Source: the human T2T-CHM13v2.0 reference genome, Homo sapiens. Taken from it: DNA of 64,000 nt. Shown piece by piece: positions 16,377-29,111 of the stretch. Where the stretch lies: NCBI RefSeq assembly GCF_009914755.1, contig NC_060932.1. One strand, written 5' to 3'. The notes beneath the pieces were generated by a model that saw nothing but the letters and a program-made list of their open reading frames with translations, made no database searches and had not been told where the DNA came from. The position numbers and the translations under genes were made by a program. Within the stretch, counting starts at the first letter, position 1; each line of letters opens with the position of its first letter.

Positions 16377-16625
16377 CATGTGTGCATGTGAATATATATA
16401 ATATATATTTTAGAGCAGGAAATAATAGATATTAAAGTTATAATAATACTAGTAATAGTAGAATAAATCATATTTATTGAGTACTTACTCTGTGCTTGAA
16501 ACTCTGCTAATTACTTTCCCTTGATTTACCCCACAATCACCCCATGCAGTTAATATTACATCACAGTTAGTATTATATTGCAGATGAGGCAATGTATGAC
16601 TGCCTTCTACATATTTACTAGAACG

Positions 16626-16809
16626 TATTGTAAATGCACCATGATACTTTTTTTGGAAGTCACTTCTCATTTAGGTAAAAATTATTTGCCAAGACATAAT
16701 CTCCCTCCCCACTTTTAATGGCCATACCTTTAATCACGGCCAGAGAAAGTGGCTTCATATATATTTCTTAAATTAAAAAAATACTATACTACCAGAATTT
16801 GCATTAACT
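16626..16809 (+). repeat. Local direct duplication, copy A (~185 bp)
   Basis: tattgtaaatgcaccatgatac...ctcatttaggtaaaaattattt...ccagaatttgcattaact recurs at 18032-18353. Confidence 0.92.
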
Positions 16810-16962
16810 CTTTCCTACCATCTGTTTCCTTTGATGATTACCAACAGGAGACATCAATTGAGCAGTGACTGCATATAAAGTACAGATTCAGGAAGGGTTA
16901 AAAATGAAGAGAGAAACTGCTCTTCCACCACTTACACTTATACACTAATACATACATAACAG

Positions 16963-16986
16963 ACACACACACACACACACACACAC
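16963..16986. repeat. (AC)n microsatellite
   Basis: Read directly from the sequence. Confidence 0.95.
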
Positions 16987-18031
16987 GTGTACGTGCACAT
17001 TTTATTTCAACCTTATGATACTAGGTTCAATATCTTCCAGAGAATACCATTGGCCCTAAGAGAGTTCAGCTTTAATAGATATTGAGGTTAATTTATGACA
17101 AGGGGAGAGATTTTATCAATAGAATATTCTGGTTCATTGTCAACAGTGTTGTAAATGCTTTAGTACTATAGAATCAGATCTATATCCATATGGTGACATT
17201 TATTCACTTCACATTTTCTCAAAGTGACTAAAATGGATGACTCCCTTAAACATGGAACTTGTTATTTTATAAATCATTTGGACAATGATTTGTGAGAAGG
17301 TCTAACTGGGGCATAGAATGGGAAAACAGATACGAAAATCACATTATCACAGGGATGCCATTGTGGAGGTCATCTTACACCTATAGTAATCTCTTGTTGA
17401 AAAAGGAAGGAAGATGTTTCACTGACCTGAGTATCAGGGAAACTGTGTTTCTCCTGGATTCTTAAATGTTTATGTTCATTGTGCTTACCTTTTTATTTGA
17501 CTGCCAGAACTCTTAGTTTAATTTTTGATTCACCATCAGCAATTTTAAAGGACTATTAATGTGTTTTTCACCATGTTGATCTTTGTTTTTCTCTTTGTTT
17601 TCTGTTTACTTAATTCCTAAATTTTTATTTTATACTTTATATTTGTTTATATGTATGTATACTATTTACATGTGTGTTCGTGTGTACATGTGTATGTGTG
17701 TGTCTTAGCCACAAGTTCCGTATAGAATGAATAGAATAAGACAGGATATTAACACTTAAAAAGATAAAATCAACCAGCCTTCTGACACGATGTCTACCAC
17801 AATATATACTATTTTATTATATATTATTATTATTCTACTACCGTCCATACAGAGAGATGTGTACCAAATTTTTTCCCTCTAAATAATAAAATGAAATTAG
17901 AGAAAATGTGAGCAATGACACATCCTCATATCCTTTATAATTAGGATCTTACGGAGAGACCATGGACCATCAAGCCAAAAAGCCAAAAAGCTGTGGATCC
18001 CAGTTTCATATTATTGCACCATGCACATTCA

Positions 18032-18353
18032 TATTGTAAACACACCATGATACATTTTTGGAAGTCACGTCTCATTTAGGTAAAAATTATTTACCAATAC
18101 ATAATCTCCCTCCCCACTTTTATTTCTTTATTTTTATTTTTTTATTTTTATTTTTTTTGAAGTTTGTAATAGATATGCATGGCTAAAATTTATTGTTACA
18201 TTAATCAATATATTTTATAAATTGGGAGAAAATATTAAAAGTTCCTCCCCACTTTTGATGGCCATATATTTAATCACAGCCAGAGAAAATGGCTTCATAT
18301 ACATATTTCTTAAATTTTAAAAAATACTTATATTTCCAGAATTTGCATTAACT
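18032..18353 (+). repeat. Local direct duplication, copy B, interrupted by a retro-insertion
   Basis: Colinear with 16626-16809 apart from the insert and duplicated target site at 18122-18256. Confidence 0.92.
18122..18243 (-). pseudogene. Tiny 5'-truncated poly(A)-tailed retrocopy (85-nt body plus tail) of an unidentified RNA
   Basis: 13-bp TSD cctccccactttt (18109-18121, 18244-18256), T-rich tail at 18122-18158, and minus-strand AATAAA (18189-18194) about 30 nt before the tail. Absent from paralogous copy A. Confidence 0.8.
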
Positions 18354-18941
18354 TGTGTCAACTTGCACAAACTGCCCAAACTCCAAGAGCTTTCTCATAT
18401 CCAAAGTGGAGATAATAATTTTTATTTGCCAGGTGTTTCTAAAGATTAAATGAGATTAAATATATTTGACACATAGTACAGGCTCAATAAATGCTTGTTT
18501 TTTGCTTAGTCTTCCTCATGGAAATCTCCATTCACAAGATTTTCACTAAACACACACTAGACATTCTGAAAATGATTAATAAATAAATTTTGAGAAATAA
18601 TTTATATAAGCCTATTTTCCTTTATTGAAATACATTGCACGGGGAAAATTCACTATAACTTTACATCCAAAAAGGTTAAATGCTTAATGAACTCTTTAAA
18701 TGATGGTGCCCAATGCTTGTAAAGATGCACATGTGTGTGTGTTTCTGTATGTTGAGGAGTGATCATTCTCACACAATGCTAACATAAACATACATTAATT
18801 TGGCACAGATTATCTGAAGTATTATTTGGACCTCTGTATTATTATTTTTATTCCAGAAATTCGATTTCTAAGAATTCTGACTAAAAACAATTAAAGAATA
18901 TTCATTTACAAAGATGCTCATTGCAATACCATTTTTAAGTT

Positions 18942-19297
18942 TATATTAGTCTGTTTTCATGCTGCTGATAGAGACATACCTGAGACTGGACAATTTACAA
19001 AAGAAAGAGGTTCAATGGACTTACAGTTCCACATGGCTGGGGAGGCCTCACAATTATGGTGGAAGGCAAGGAGGAGCAAGTCACATCTTACATGGATGGC
19101 AGCAGGCAAAGAGAGAGCACTTATACAGGGAAACTCCCCCTTATAAAACCATCTGATCTCGTGAGCCTTATTCACTATCACAAGAACAGCATGGGAAAGC
19201 CCTGCCCCCATGATTCAATTACTTCCCACTGGATCCCTCCCACAACACATGGGAATTCAAGAAGAGATTTGGGTGGGGACACAGCCAAACCATATCA
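18942..19297 (-). mobile_element. THE1 (THE1B-like) MaLR solo LTR
   Basis: Minus strand starts TGATATGGTTTGGCTGTGTCCCCACCCAAATCTC. Length 356 bp, with a 5-bp TSD aagtt (18937-18941, 19298-19302). Confidence 0.93.
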
Positions 19298-20769
19298 AAG
19301 TTTTATTTTCTTTTTAATTTACAAATAATAATTATGTATATTTTGAGGACAATGTGATGTTTGGCTATTTATCATAAAAAATTGGGTTAGAAATCTAGAT
19401 GCTCAACAGTAGATGATTGGGTAAAGTGGATTTAAATGACTATTAAATGAGGTGGCGAAGTATATTTCTTGACATGAACAGATGCACATAGTATATGCTG
19501 AGATTTAAAAAAAAAAAGATCTTGAAACGCCATTTATAGAGTCACCATAGTTTTAAAAAATAAATTCACACATCTGTGAAGAAAAATACCTGGGAGAGTT
19601 TATTTAAAAGATGTTAAGAATAGGTATGGTTGTCTCTGTTATGTGGTGGTGATTTGTACTCATTTAGCATACCAAGATTTTCTCATTTTTCAGTGATGAA
19701 CTGATGCTACTGATATAATATGAATGAAAAGACCGCTGCCTAAAGTCCTACCTATTTTCATGTTCCTTCTGGTTTTTGCTTCACGGGTGGTGCATTCCCA
19801 GGCAAATGGTTCAGAAAAGAACTAAGCATAGTGCATGGCGTGTTACATAATCCCAGCTTTGTTTTTTAATAGATGTACTTGAGTGACCTTAAAAGCCTAA
19901 AAATGCAATAGTTAAGAGGGAGTTGTGTAGGGAGGGTGACTTGTGATGTTATCAGCAGTATTTAGATTCTATCTTTATTCAATTTCAAGACATGCTGCTA
20001 TTGGACAAGACTGTCTATTCTATTTATTTGTTAAAATACAAATCAGTTCTCAAACAAGTCACTTAGAACAAGTTTTGAACCAGTTTGCCTTCACTTTTGA
20101 TTACCTGGTAGTGTTAGAGGCAACTTGATGCAAATCTGTAACTTTATTTTTTTAGTCATTAGAGTAGTGTTATCTATACATGTCTTCCTACATGTCTAGA
20201 AGTACACACTAAGTAGCAAGTAGTACATTTTCTACTTGCAAATAGTATCACATATTTTGTTCAGCAATCTAAACAACCCGCTAATGCGCTGAGATGTAAT
20301 GCAAACCCTAAGTATTCATAAATGCCGACTTGAAATCAGCATGGGAATGTCAGGTTTCTCAGACAAATTTCACCTGCCTAACTTTGTTTCTGGCTCTTCA
20401 ACTCACAGTAGTATTTATTTCCCTGTCCTTTAAATACATACACATATACATATACCTACTCCAGTGTTAAAGGGGTCTGTAAAATACCTTAGTATGCTCT
20501 TATTGAGAAGGCAAAGAACAAACAATGGGAGATCTGTCTAAGAGGTGGAAATGTCTAGGGTGTACTTCCTCAAAACATTGCCTGGGCTTGTAAAATGAAG
20601 TGGTTTGGAAATGGGTTCCACCCTCTTCTACTGACCTTTGGCTTCTATATGTCTTCCTCTCTGGCCACTTTCTCAAAATATTCCTTCAGAAGCCTTTTAC
20701 TCAACCTAAAAATAGCTCCCAGATGCTACCTTACTTTGCAGTCTCTTTCCCGCTTACTGAGATTGTATG

Positions 20770-20841
20770 ATTAGGAAAGATAGCAGGAAGAGTGTAAGGA
20801 CAAGACCTTTTTGGTTCAAAATAAGTTCATTCCTTAGCAGA
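20770..20841 (+). repeat. 72-bp inverted repeat, left arm
   Basis: Reverse complement of 22519-22590 at 70 of 72 positions. Confidence 0.95.
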
Positions 20842-22518
20842 GCCTTTCGTGATCTCCATGTGAATAGCTCAAAAATGTAGACAACTGTTTCCTGTAAGTT
20901 TACTTATAAATAATGTTTGAAAATTTTAGCAACTTCTTTGGTTTAAAATCTAAAATTAGATGAGAGTATTTGTCTAATTTTAGATGGAGTTGTCTTACAT
21001 ATTAAACTATTAAGTGACTTAAACTCTGTACATCAAGTCATCTGCTAAACTTTTCATTGAATTCTCTGCTTACATTTCCAGCAAATGTATCCTGTTTTCC
21101 TACATTTTATGTTTAATAACTATCACTGAATGTCCTGGCAATGTGGTGAATAAGTGGTTTAATCCTGGCCTTCCATTCTAGGAATGAAAGTCAAGTAAAT
21201 ACAACAGCCTTTGCATCATGTATCTTGTTGAACCAACTTATGTTTTGAATTGGGCACAATGTTTCAAAGGGAGACTTTATTAACAAAAAAATAGATATTT
21301 ATAGTAATTCCTGCCCTCTACTCATGAGTCATGTGGGTAATGCTTGTGATTTTGTTTTCGTTGTTAAATATTCCTTACCTGTGGTAAATCTCATGATAAA
21401 AATATTTGCAATAGAAGAGGCAGTGAGGCTGGATTAAATCACAATCAAGGCTTTTATCTCCAAGAAAGAATCTGGTAGAAGAACCTCCCTCCTCATTAGT
21501 CTCTTTTGTCAGTATTTTCAAGCATGGCAACAGCCTCAGAAAGACCCAAAATACACAACTTGGGGATTGGAATGAAGCCACAAAAAGCATGTTTTTATAA
21601 GGACAAGAAGTCAGAAAGTTGATCTTCATTGGTTTCCTGCCTACCATGTGAAATGTACCTCGGAGATCTGGTATATGTATCAGCACATCAGCAGATGAGA
21701 GAGCAACATGATTGTATTAATAACAAAGTTTATTGTGTATTTCTTTCAAATGAACAAAAATTTTGAAAAAACTTATTACAGGCTCAAAAATGTCCTTTGT
21801 GTTGTTATGTTTAAGTCAACCAAACATGATTTGGTCAACGTTAAAACAGAAAGCTGGGTAACTGTTGAAGTCACAAATAGTTTTCTGCGAACTTGGACAT
21901 CTTGAGCAAAGCTGAGATGTTTGCATAATCTTTTCTGTAGCAACAACATTCCACATGCATATTTCTCTTTAAAAAGAAACTCCAAGCTCAGTGGTATTCT
22001 GGGTTCAAGGCCTGAGTAAAAAGCATCTCAAGTCAAAAGTCCTGTTCTAAAAATTGAGATGTAGAGAAGGTCATAAGCGTTTTGACTTATCTTTTAAATC
22101 ATTCATGGATGATTAAAAGTCACATTGACTCAAAGTACAAATTTACTTAAGTATCTGAACTCAAACTAGCTCAATTTCTTCTTCAAAATCCTCTAAAATG
22201 TTTTAAGTTTCCACAAACAAGATAAATCCTTATACATAATACTGAGCAAAGGGGAAGGTGAAACGTACAACAAAACCTGCTTTCATAAATTGTTCTTAAG
22301 GTCTGGAAATAAAAATGTTAAATGTGACCTTTTACTTTAGTGGCATTTTTCTAAAATACAAGTCTCAAAGTGTATATGATGTAAAATGTATTATTTTAAA
22401 ATAGAAATATAAAACCTAGAGAACCAAATGTATAAAATGAAATGTAAATCTCGAATTATACCTATCTTGAGCATCTTACTTTCCTAGGTACTTGATCATG
22501 CTAAAGAATGAAATGGGA

Positions 22519-22590
22519 TCTGCTAAGGAATGAACTTATTTTGAACCAAAAAGTTCCTGTCCTTACACTCTTCCTGCTATCTTTCCTAAT
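22519..22590 (-). repeat. 72-bp inverted repeat, right arm
   Basis: Reverse complement of 20770-20841 at 70 of 72 positions. Confidence 0.95.
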
Positions 22591-23469
22591 ACTTCATTAA
22601 TAAAGCAGTATTTTTATGATAAAATGACTTTTCTTTCTGCTTTGAGCCAATAGAAGATGTGTCAAAAATTGTAACTTGTAACACAGTAGAGTTGTGTCAT
22701 ATGCTCTTAATTTTATGAATTTAACTATGTGGCTGATATCATAACTCTACTAGTATGAAGAATAAAAATTCTACACAATATTTATGACATATTTTTCTTT
22801 ATGATAGACTATATTTATTAGGTGATTACACATTGATACATGTCACTACATAGAGGTATATATGCAAATCTAAAACTCCTGTGTAAGATGCTCCCAATAA
22901 TCTAATGTAGAGATGGCAGAGCAAAATAATTAGCACATATGAATGTCTTCCTGTCATTTGGAAATAATAATAACCAGTTTAATAATGATTATAACAGTAA
23001 TAGCCAACAAAAGTATCCTAAGGAATGAGATAGTCAACCAACTAACCAAGCTGTCATATTGAATGAAAATTAAACATCAGTGGAATAAATTATAATAAAG
23101 ATTATCAGTTAACTTAGCTTTCCACATGAGGCTTCTTTGTGGTCGCTGAGGTGAAAATTGAACCTAAACACTCCAAATTAGTGCCATTAGCAGAAATGTA
23201 CAATAATAGATAAAGCTTTGCCAATCCCAACTTTTCTTTTCTGAAGGGAAGTTACAAGCACACGTGTCAGCTCTACCACTAGCCTGAAACCAGGCAGCTG
23301 AATTTTTTATATCTCATAGTCTTTGTCAACTCAAATTATTAATATTTGGATAAGGCTCTTTACCAGAAACGAGTAGTTAGTTTCACTTTTTGAAGTTTAA
23401 ACCACTCACTATGCCTCCCAAGAAGTTTCTGATTTGGGAAATTATTCACACTCACCCCACACATACCCA

Positions 23470-23471
<2 letters not shown>

Positions 23472-23513
<42 letters not shown>
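23472..23513. repeat. (AC)~21 perfect microsatellite
   Basis: Read directly from the sequence. Confidence 0.97.
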
Positions 23514-23514
<1 letters not shown>

Positions 23515-24409
23515 AAGAGGGGAAAAAAATACCTATGAAAGCATTTTCTTGGACATTGGCACTGCAGATAGAAGTGAGTTAGTAAGCAAACTGTTCCAGT
23601 TCCTCCTCCTATAAAAGCTATTCTTTAAAAAAATATTATGATCATATTGAGTGTGAAAAAAATAAAATAAAAGGCCATCTGATTTCTGTTCAGTTTCAAG
23701 TTTCTGAAACTGATGGCCAAGTTGGGATTACAACAATTATTGTCCATGTGTAGCTGAAATTCCAGTATGTACTGATAAACAAGATTTGACTGATGTTGCA
23801 GACATTAATTACAGTGATCTGCTAACTGGCCTTCTGGACTTAATTGGGCATTTTATGATCACATTCTAACATGCAAGACTTATACAAGAGTAAACAATGA
23901 GTTTATTTATCTTTCAGATTCCAATAGTTGCTATTTCTCTATTGCAATGTGTTGGAAAACCTGCTAATAGAAAATCTGCCTTGTAAATTCAGCTTGTGAT
24001 ATTAATAAATCTGTTTCTCAAAAGTTCTTAGGATTGTCCATGTCAAAAGACAGTCTGAATTATTTGACATAATTATGGGTTAGACATGCTTCTAGTCAAA
24101 AGAGTAGAAGTATACTAAAGTATAAAATATTTTCTAAACTAAAACAAAGAAAAAATAATTTAAAATATTTTCAGCAAGATTTAGTAACTATGTCTAGTAG
24201 ATAATTATTGGTGAGTGTGAATGACATTACCTCTAAGGAATGTGAATATATATATTTTTAGATTCTAAATGCATCAGAATGTTATACTATGTTTGATGCA
24301 ACAATATAACATTCTGTTATAAATAGAAAGGTGAACTCTAAATATCAGCTTCTTCCTCTCCACTAAATAAATATTAAACACATTGAACATGAGCCCAGGA
24401 GGTCTAACA

Positions 24410-24645
24410 TTAATTGAACCATTCCTTTGTGCTAAGTATCCTGTCAACTGCATGCATGTATTATCTCATTTAATCATTTCAATAACCCTATCAAATAAAT
24501 TCTATTATTCCTCCTTTACATATGACATACGACAAAACTAGGGCCCCAAAAGTTTAAGTAACTGACAGAAAATCACATAGCAAGTGTCACAGCCCAAATT
24601 CAAACCTAGAAGAGTCAAACTTCAAAGTCAATGCTTGTGACGCCA
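24410..24645 (-). mobile_element. MIR
   Basis: catgtattatctcatttaatc...aataaccctat...tattattcctcctttaca...aagtaact...attcaaaccta, the reverse MIR core. Confidence 0.75.
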
Positions 24646-24913
24646 TCTTAAGACAACCTGAGCATCGTCCCGCAACTTTCTATTTCTTGTGATGCTCAGT
24701 GCATTAGAAGGGCTGACAGGTATAACTCTGTATCCTTTTGTCCTCTCCCTCAACTCCTACTCTCTTACTCAATATCCCATTCAGTAACTTTTGGCTTCAT
24801 TTTATATTTAAGGAGTAAACTTGTCCAAGAGCTCCGCAACTCCATGGAGCTTTTAAAACACTTTAACCAGGTGAAAAATTTTCAGTCAATAAAACAAATG
24901 AAAAGTAGATTAT

Positions 24914-25134
24914 GGCCAGGCACAGTGGCTCACGCTTGTAATCCTAGTACTTTGGGAGACCCAGGCGGGCAGATTACTTGAGGTCAGGAGTTTGAGAACA
25001 GCCTGGCCAACATGGTGAAACCCTGTGTCTACTAAGTCAGCCGGAAATCCCTTGAACCTGGGAGGCGGAGGTTGCAGTGAGCCAAGATCGTGCCACTGCA
25101 CTCCAGCCTGGGCAAGTGAGTGAGACTCCTTATC

Positions 25135-25176
<42 letters not shown>

Positions 25177-25179
25177 AAC
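24914..25179 (+). mobile_element. AluS with an internal deletion and a (CAA)n tail
   Basis: Left monomer is joined via ctactaagtcagccggaaatcc to the distal right monomer. TSD aagtagatta at 24903-24912 and 25180-25189. Confidence 0.93.
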
Positions 25180-28100
25180 AAGTAGATTAGAATTCAACTC
25201 ATATTATGTGGGAACGAGGAATGCATAATACCCTATATGCCCTACTAGCAATGTTTACAACAGTTTTCGTGGTCAGACCTCAAAGATGACCATTTTCACT
25301 TTATATTCGCCAATATAAGCTTTAGACTTCTTCGGTACATGGTCCAACATGTTTGCATAAAATAAGTTATTTTTTGTATATAGTCTTAGACTTTTAAAAA
25401 TATGCTTCATTGCCTTTCTAGAATGTCATTGAAGTAGAGGGAAAGTGGTAGGATCCAAAGACGCATCAAGTGAACAGCACAGGGTGTTGAATGAAAATTT
25501 AAATTGACTCAAAAACTCATTTTCAATGTTCTGCCCTTTTCTTTAGAAAGAAATGAAAAGAGAACAAAGGGTTGTTTGTTGACTAAGTGCCAAAAACTTC
25601 TGTCACAAATTTCATGAACTCCAAATGATTGTTGGCAGACTTGACCTGCCTATGAAAACACGCTGAAAGCATCATCACCATTTCACTACTTGTTTTTAGA
25701 CACCCATGTCTCTGGGTTATGCTTCCATTCCAGGGACAAGGACACGTCTGAGCATTTCACAGTACGAATCTGGTGAAATACTCCAGGGGTCCTAAAAGTA
25801 GAATTGCTCAACATTTCCCAGATGTGGGGATGTATAAAGTATTTACTTCTAATTCTGCATTTATAAGCACATTCTGTTTTGTAGCATGTATATATTCCCA
25901 ATCCTTTTGGGGGAGAGGGGACTGTTAAGGAGTAGGGATCAGCTACAGGTGGGATCAGAGATGAGAAGTTTAAGCAGAAGCTGTATGTATAGACCATGTC
26001 TTTGGGAGAATTAAAAAAGAAAAGGCAACTGGCTGCCTATTTTGATGTAGTAAATAAAACTAAAAATGAAATTAGATAAATCTTTCATAAAATAGATTGA
26101 ACCTGTGCATTTATAACTCAAACATCTGTGCACGTATAGATGAGTGCTGCTTTGCTATTGCATGAATGAACAACTCCAGATCTTGGTGTAACTCTGCCAC
26201 TGCTTTTGACTCTGATCTGTGTAAATCCCTGCTGCAAAATGAAAAGTTTTCTACAGAAATATTTCTGCAACAAACACACACAAATATGCAGAGAACATGA
26301 TGTGCTAGTCAAATTGCTGCCTGCTTGACACACATGGGGATAAGAAGGAAAAAGAGCATTTAATTCAATTACAGGCAATTTTTATGATCAAATAAGCCAA
26401 TTCCAGTTATCTCTCATTTAGATATGATTTTCAGTTAAATCCTAACAGACATAATGCTTCACAAGAAGATACTGTCTGGATAGAGTCCAACGCAGAAAAT
26501 TTGTGTTAATGCTCTTTAATTAAACTAAGCAATTTATCTTCGACCTTTTGTTAGATTTGGGGAGTAATCAAAAATTATGAAGTTCCTTTGCTAACTCCAT
26601 ATATTGCCTCTGGTTGCCTGACTCTCCAAGGGTACTTGAACCTCATAGCCACATTGCAGTGTGACAGATACACAAAGCTAAACGAAAAATATGAAACATC
26701 TTTATGGAAAGATAATTTTATCTAAATATGTGTAACTAAAAACCTGATTTTATATTTGAAAACTGATTATCATATTTGTCACTATCTTATTTATTTTTAT
26801 AAATTTTGAGCTGGGCTAGATCATTTCAGGCTTGACCTACAGACCCTTGGGATTTCATGGTTTTCTCTACTTAGGAGCATTTCACTTTTGAAATTTGGGA
26901 AACTCTGGTAATTAATTACACTAGGACCAACATAAGTTAAGTTTTAGTAAAAGGTACTTATGCTATTAAAAACCTGAAGCTGTAGGCCACTTATCTGTAT
27001 TCACAATAGATACCTAAAGCAACTCAGTATTTCTTTATACCTCTTAATTCTTACTATTAATCAGCTTAAGATTCGGTCCTATCACATTTTAATTTGTCCA
27101 AGTCAGGATACTTTTTACAACCAAAGTGGTAAGAAATGATAGCATCATAGTTTAATTGGCAGTATTTTCATTTTGTCACCTAAAATAATAATGACACAAC
27201 CACTGGTGTCCTAGAATGTCCTAGAATCAATAAATACATTAAAAATCATTTAACAACTTCACTGTATTATGGATTTAATATTACCAAGCCTGTCATTTAA
27301 AACCCATCACTTTTAACCTATATTCAGATAGGATACATGCTGTGGCCAAAGTACACCATTAACAAATTCTGGATGCTAATTACATTTTGCTTGAATAGTT
27401 CTATTTTAATAAATGAATGAATGAATGAATAACTATGTAAATAAATGCATATTGATGGTATGGGGCGATCTCTCTACACACTGAAATATACACAATGTTA
27501 GATAGCATTGTTTTCAAAACATGCCAATAAATGTATTATTATCATTATTTCTTATTGAAGAATACAGCAAAGAAGTCCAGGAAGTGTCAGTTTAGTAAAC
27601 AAACCACTAGTTAAGAACATTTATGTGGTCAAAGCTTTATTCATTGCTATTATAATGAGCACATGAGTGCTTTGCCTTGGACTATATAAACCTTCTGGAA
27701 GACAGAAGGTCAGGCTATGTCTAGTTTCATTTTCTCGGAAGTTAGAAACAGTAAAGTTCATTTTCTTGGAAGTTAGAACAATCAAGTTCAATTAAACCCT
27801 ATTGTTTAATTGAAAAATAAGTGCATGCTTTTAGAAGGTAATGATGAAAATGACACTGGCAATGAAAATATGAAGAGGGAGAGAAAACAAGGACCAAAGC
27901 TGAAGGCTAAAACTGAAATTGGTTCTGGGAGGACTTCTCACTGCCATCTCTTAAGCAGTACAGATTGTGTCTGGGTAGCACGAACATAATTCAAGCCTCT
28001 TGTGAAGGAGTCAATATGAACTAGACAATTTGGTTCAGCCATGCAAAAAAAAAAAAATAGGATCACAATGTAAAAACCACAGATTCAAAAAGGGAGTTTT

Positions 28101-28588
28101 TAGAGCAAACAAGCAGAGAGGACATTTAAAATCCAGGGGTTGAATGCATAAGACCTTTACAAGTGAGGTTGCTGGCACACATACTTCATGTCACAGGTGA
28201 TCATCAGGATTCCATTGCTGGGGCTCCAAGGATAAAAGAACAAAATGTGACTAGATTTGGAAGGTCTTTTGGTAGTAAGGGCTCATCAATCACAAACCAG
28301 CACCCATAAAAACAATTTCTTGAGGCTATTCAATTATACATGTATACAACCCTCACTACAAAGTAAAAACTTTTAAAAGAGATTTTACTTTTTACAATCT
28401 GTAAACTCACAGCAAGCAGAAAACAACCGACTAACCAACCAATCAACCCTTCCCAATCCAAAAACAAACAAACAAAAATATCAAAACTGTTATAAAGAGG
28501 GAGGAAAGCATAAATTGAGTGCCAAAAGTTAACCTGTTTCCCCTCTCAGTCCCTTAGACTTATAAAAGAAAGTTGACATTTCTGTCCC

Positions 28589-29111
28589 TATAGTGAGGCA
28601 GCCTTCTAAGGTAGTCCTAATTGTCTGGGATCCTAAAATTCACATACTGTGTAATCCCCTCCCCCGGTGCATGGACAAGATTGAGTGACTTACTCTAATC
28701 AATAAACTGGTAAAGTTGATGGGATGTCACTTATATGACATGGTTTCAAAAGGTATTTCTTTCATCTTTCTGGTAGACTCTTCACTGCCTTTTCAGCATG
28801 CATGCTTTGATGAAGTAAGCTGAATGTTGGAGAGGCCCATATGGCAACAAACTGTGGTCCTCAGCTCAACTGCCCACAAGAAGCTGAATCCGAGTGAGCT
28901 TGGAAGCAATCATTTCCCCACTCAAACATTCAGAGGAGGCCTCCACCCCTAACTAACACCTTGATTATGGCCTCTGAGAGACTCTAGAGCAAAGGACCCA
29001 CGTAAGTTGTGCCCAAATTCCTGAACCACAGAAATTGTCAGATAATAAATGTGTGTTGTTATAAGCTACTAAATTCTGGACAATTTATTATGTAGTATAG
29101 AAAACTAATGC
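28589..29111 (+). mobile_element. MLT1 (MLT1F-like) MaLR solo LTR
   Basis: ...ctttgatgaagtaagc...gagtgagcttggaagc...cacagaaattgtcagataataaatgtgtgttgttataagctactaaatt...tagaaaactaatgca, a typical MLT1 3' end. Confidence 0.85.

Noticed and set aside
27722-27790. ~32-bp tandem duplication (also an 18-bp duplication at 15763-15798)
   Set aside because: These are ordinary slippage-type duplications with no further structure.
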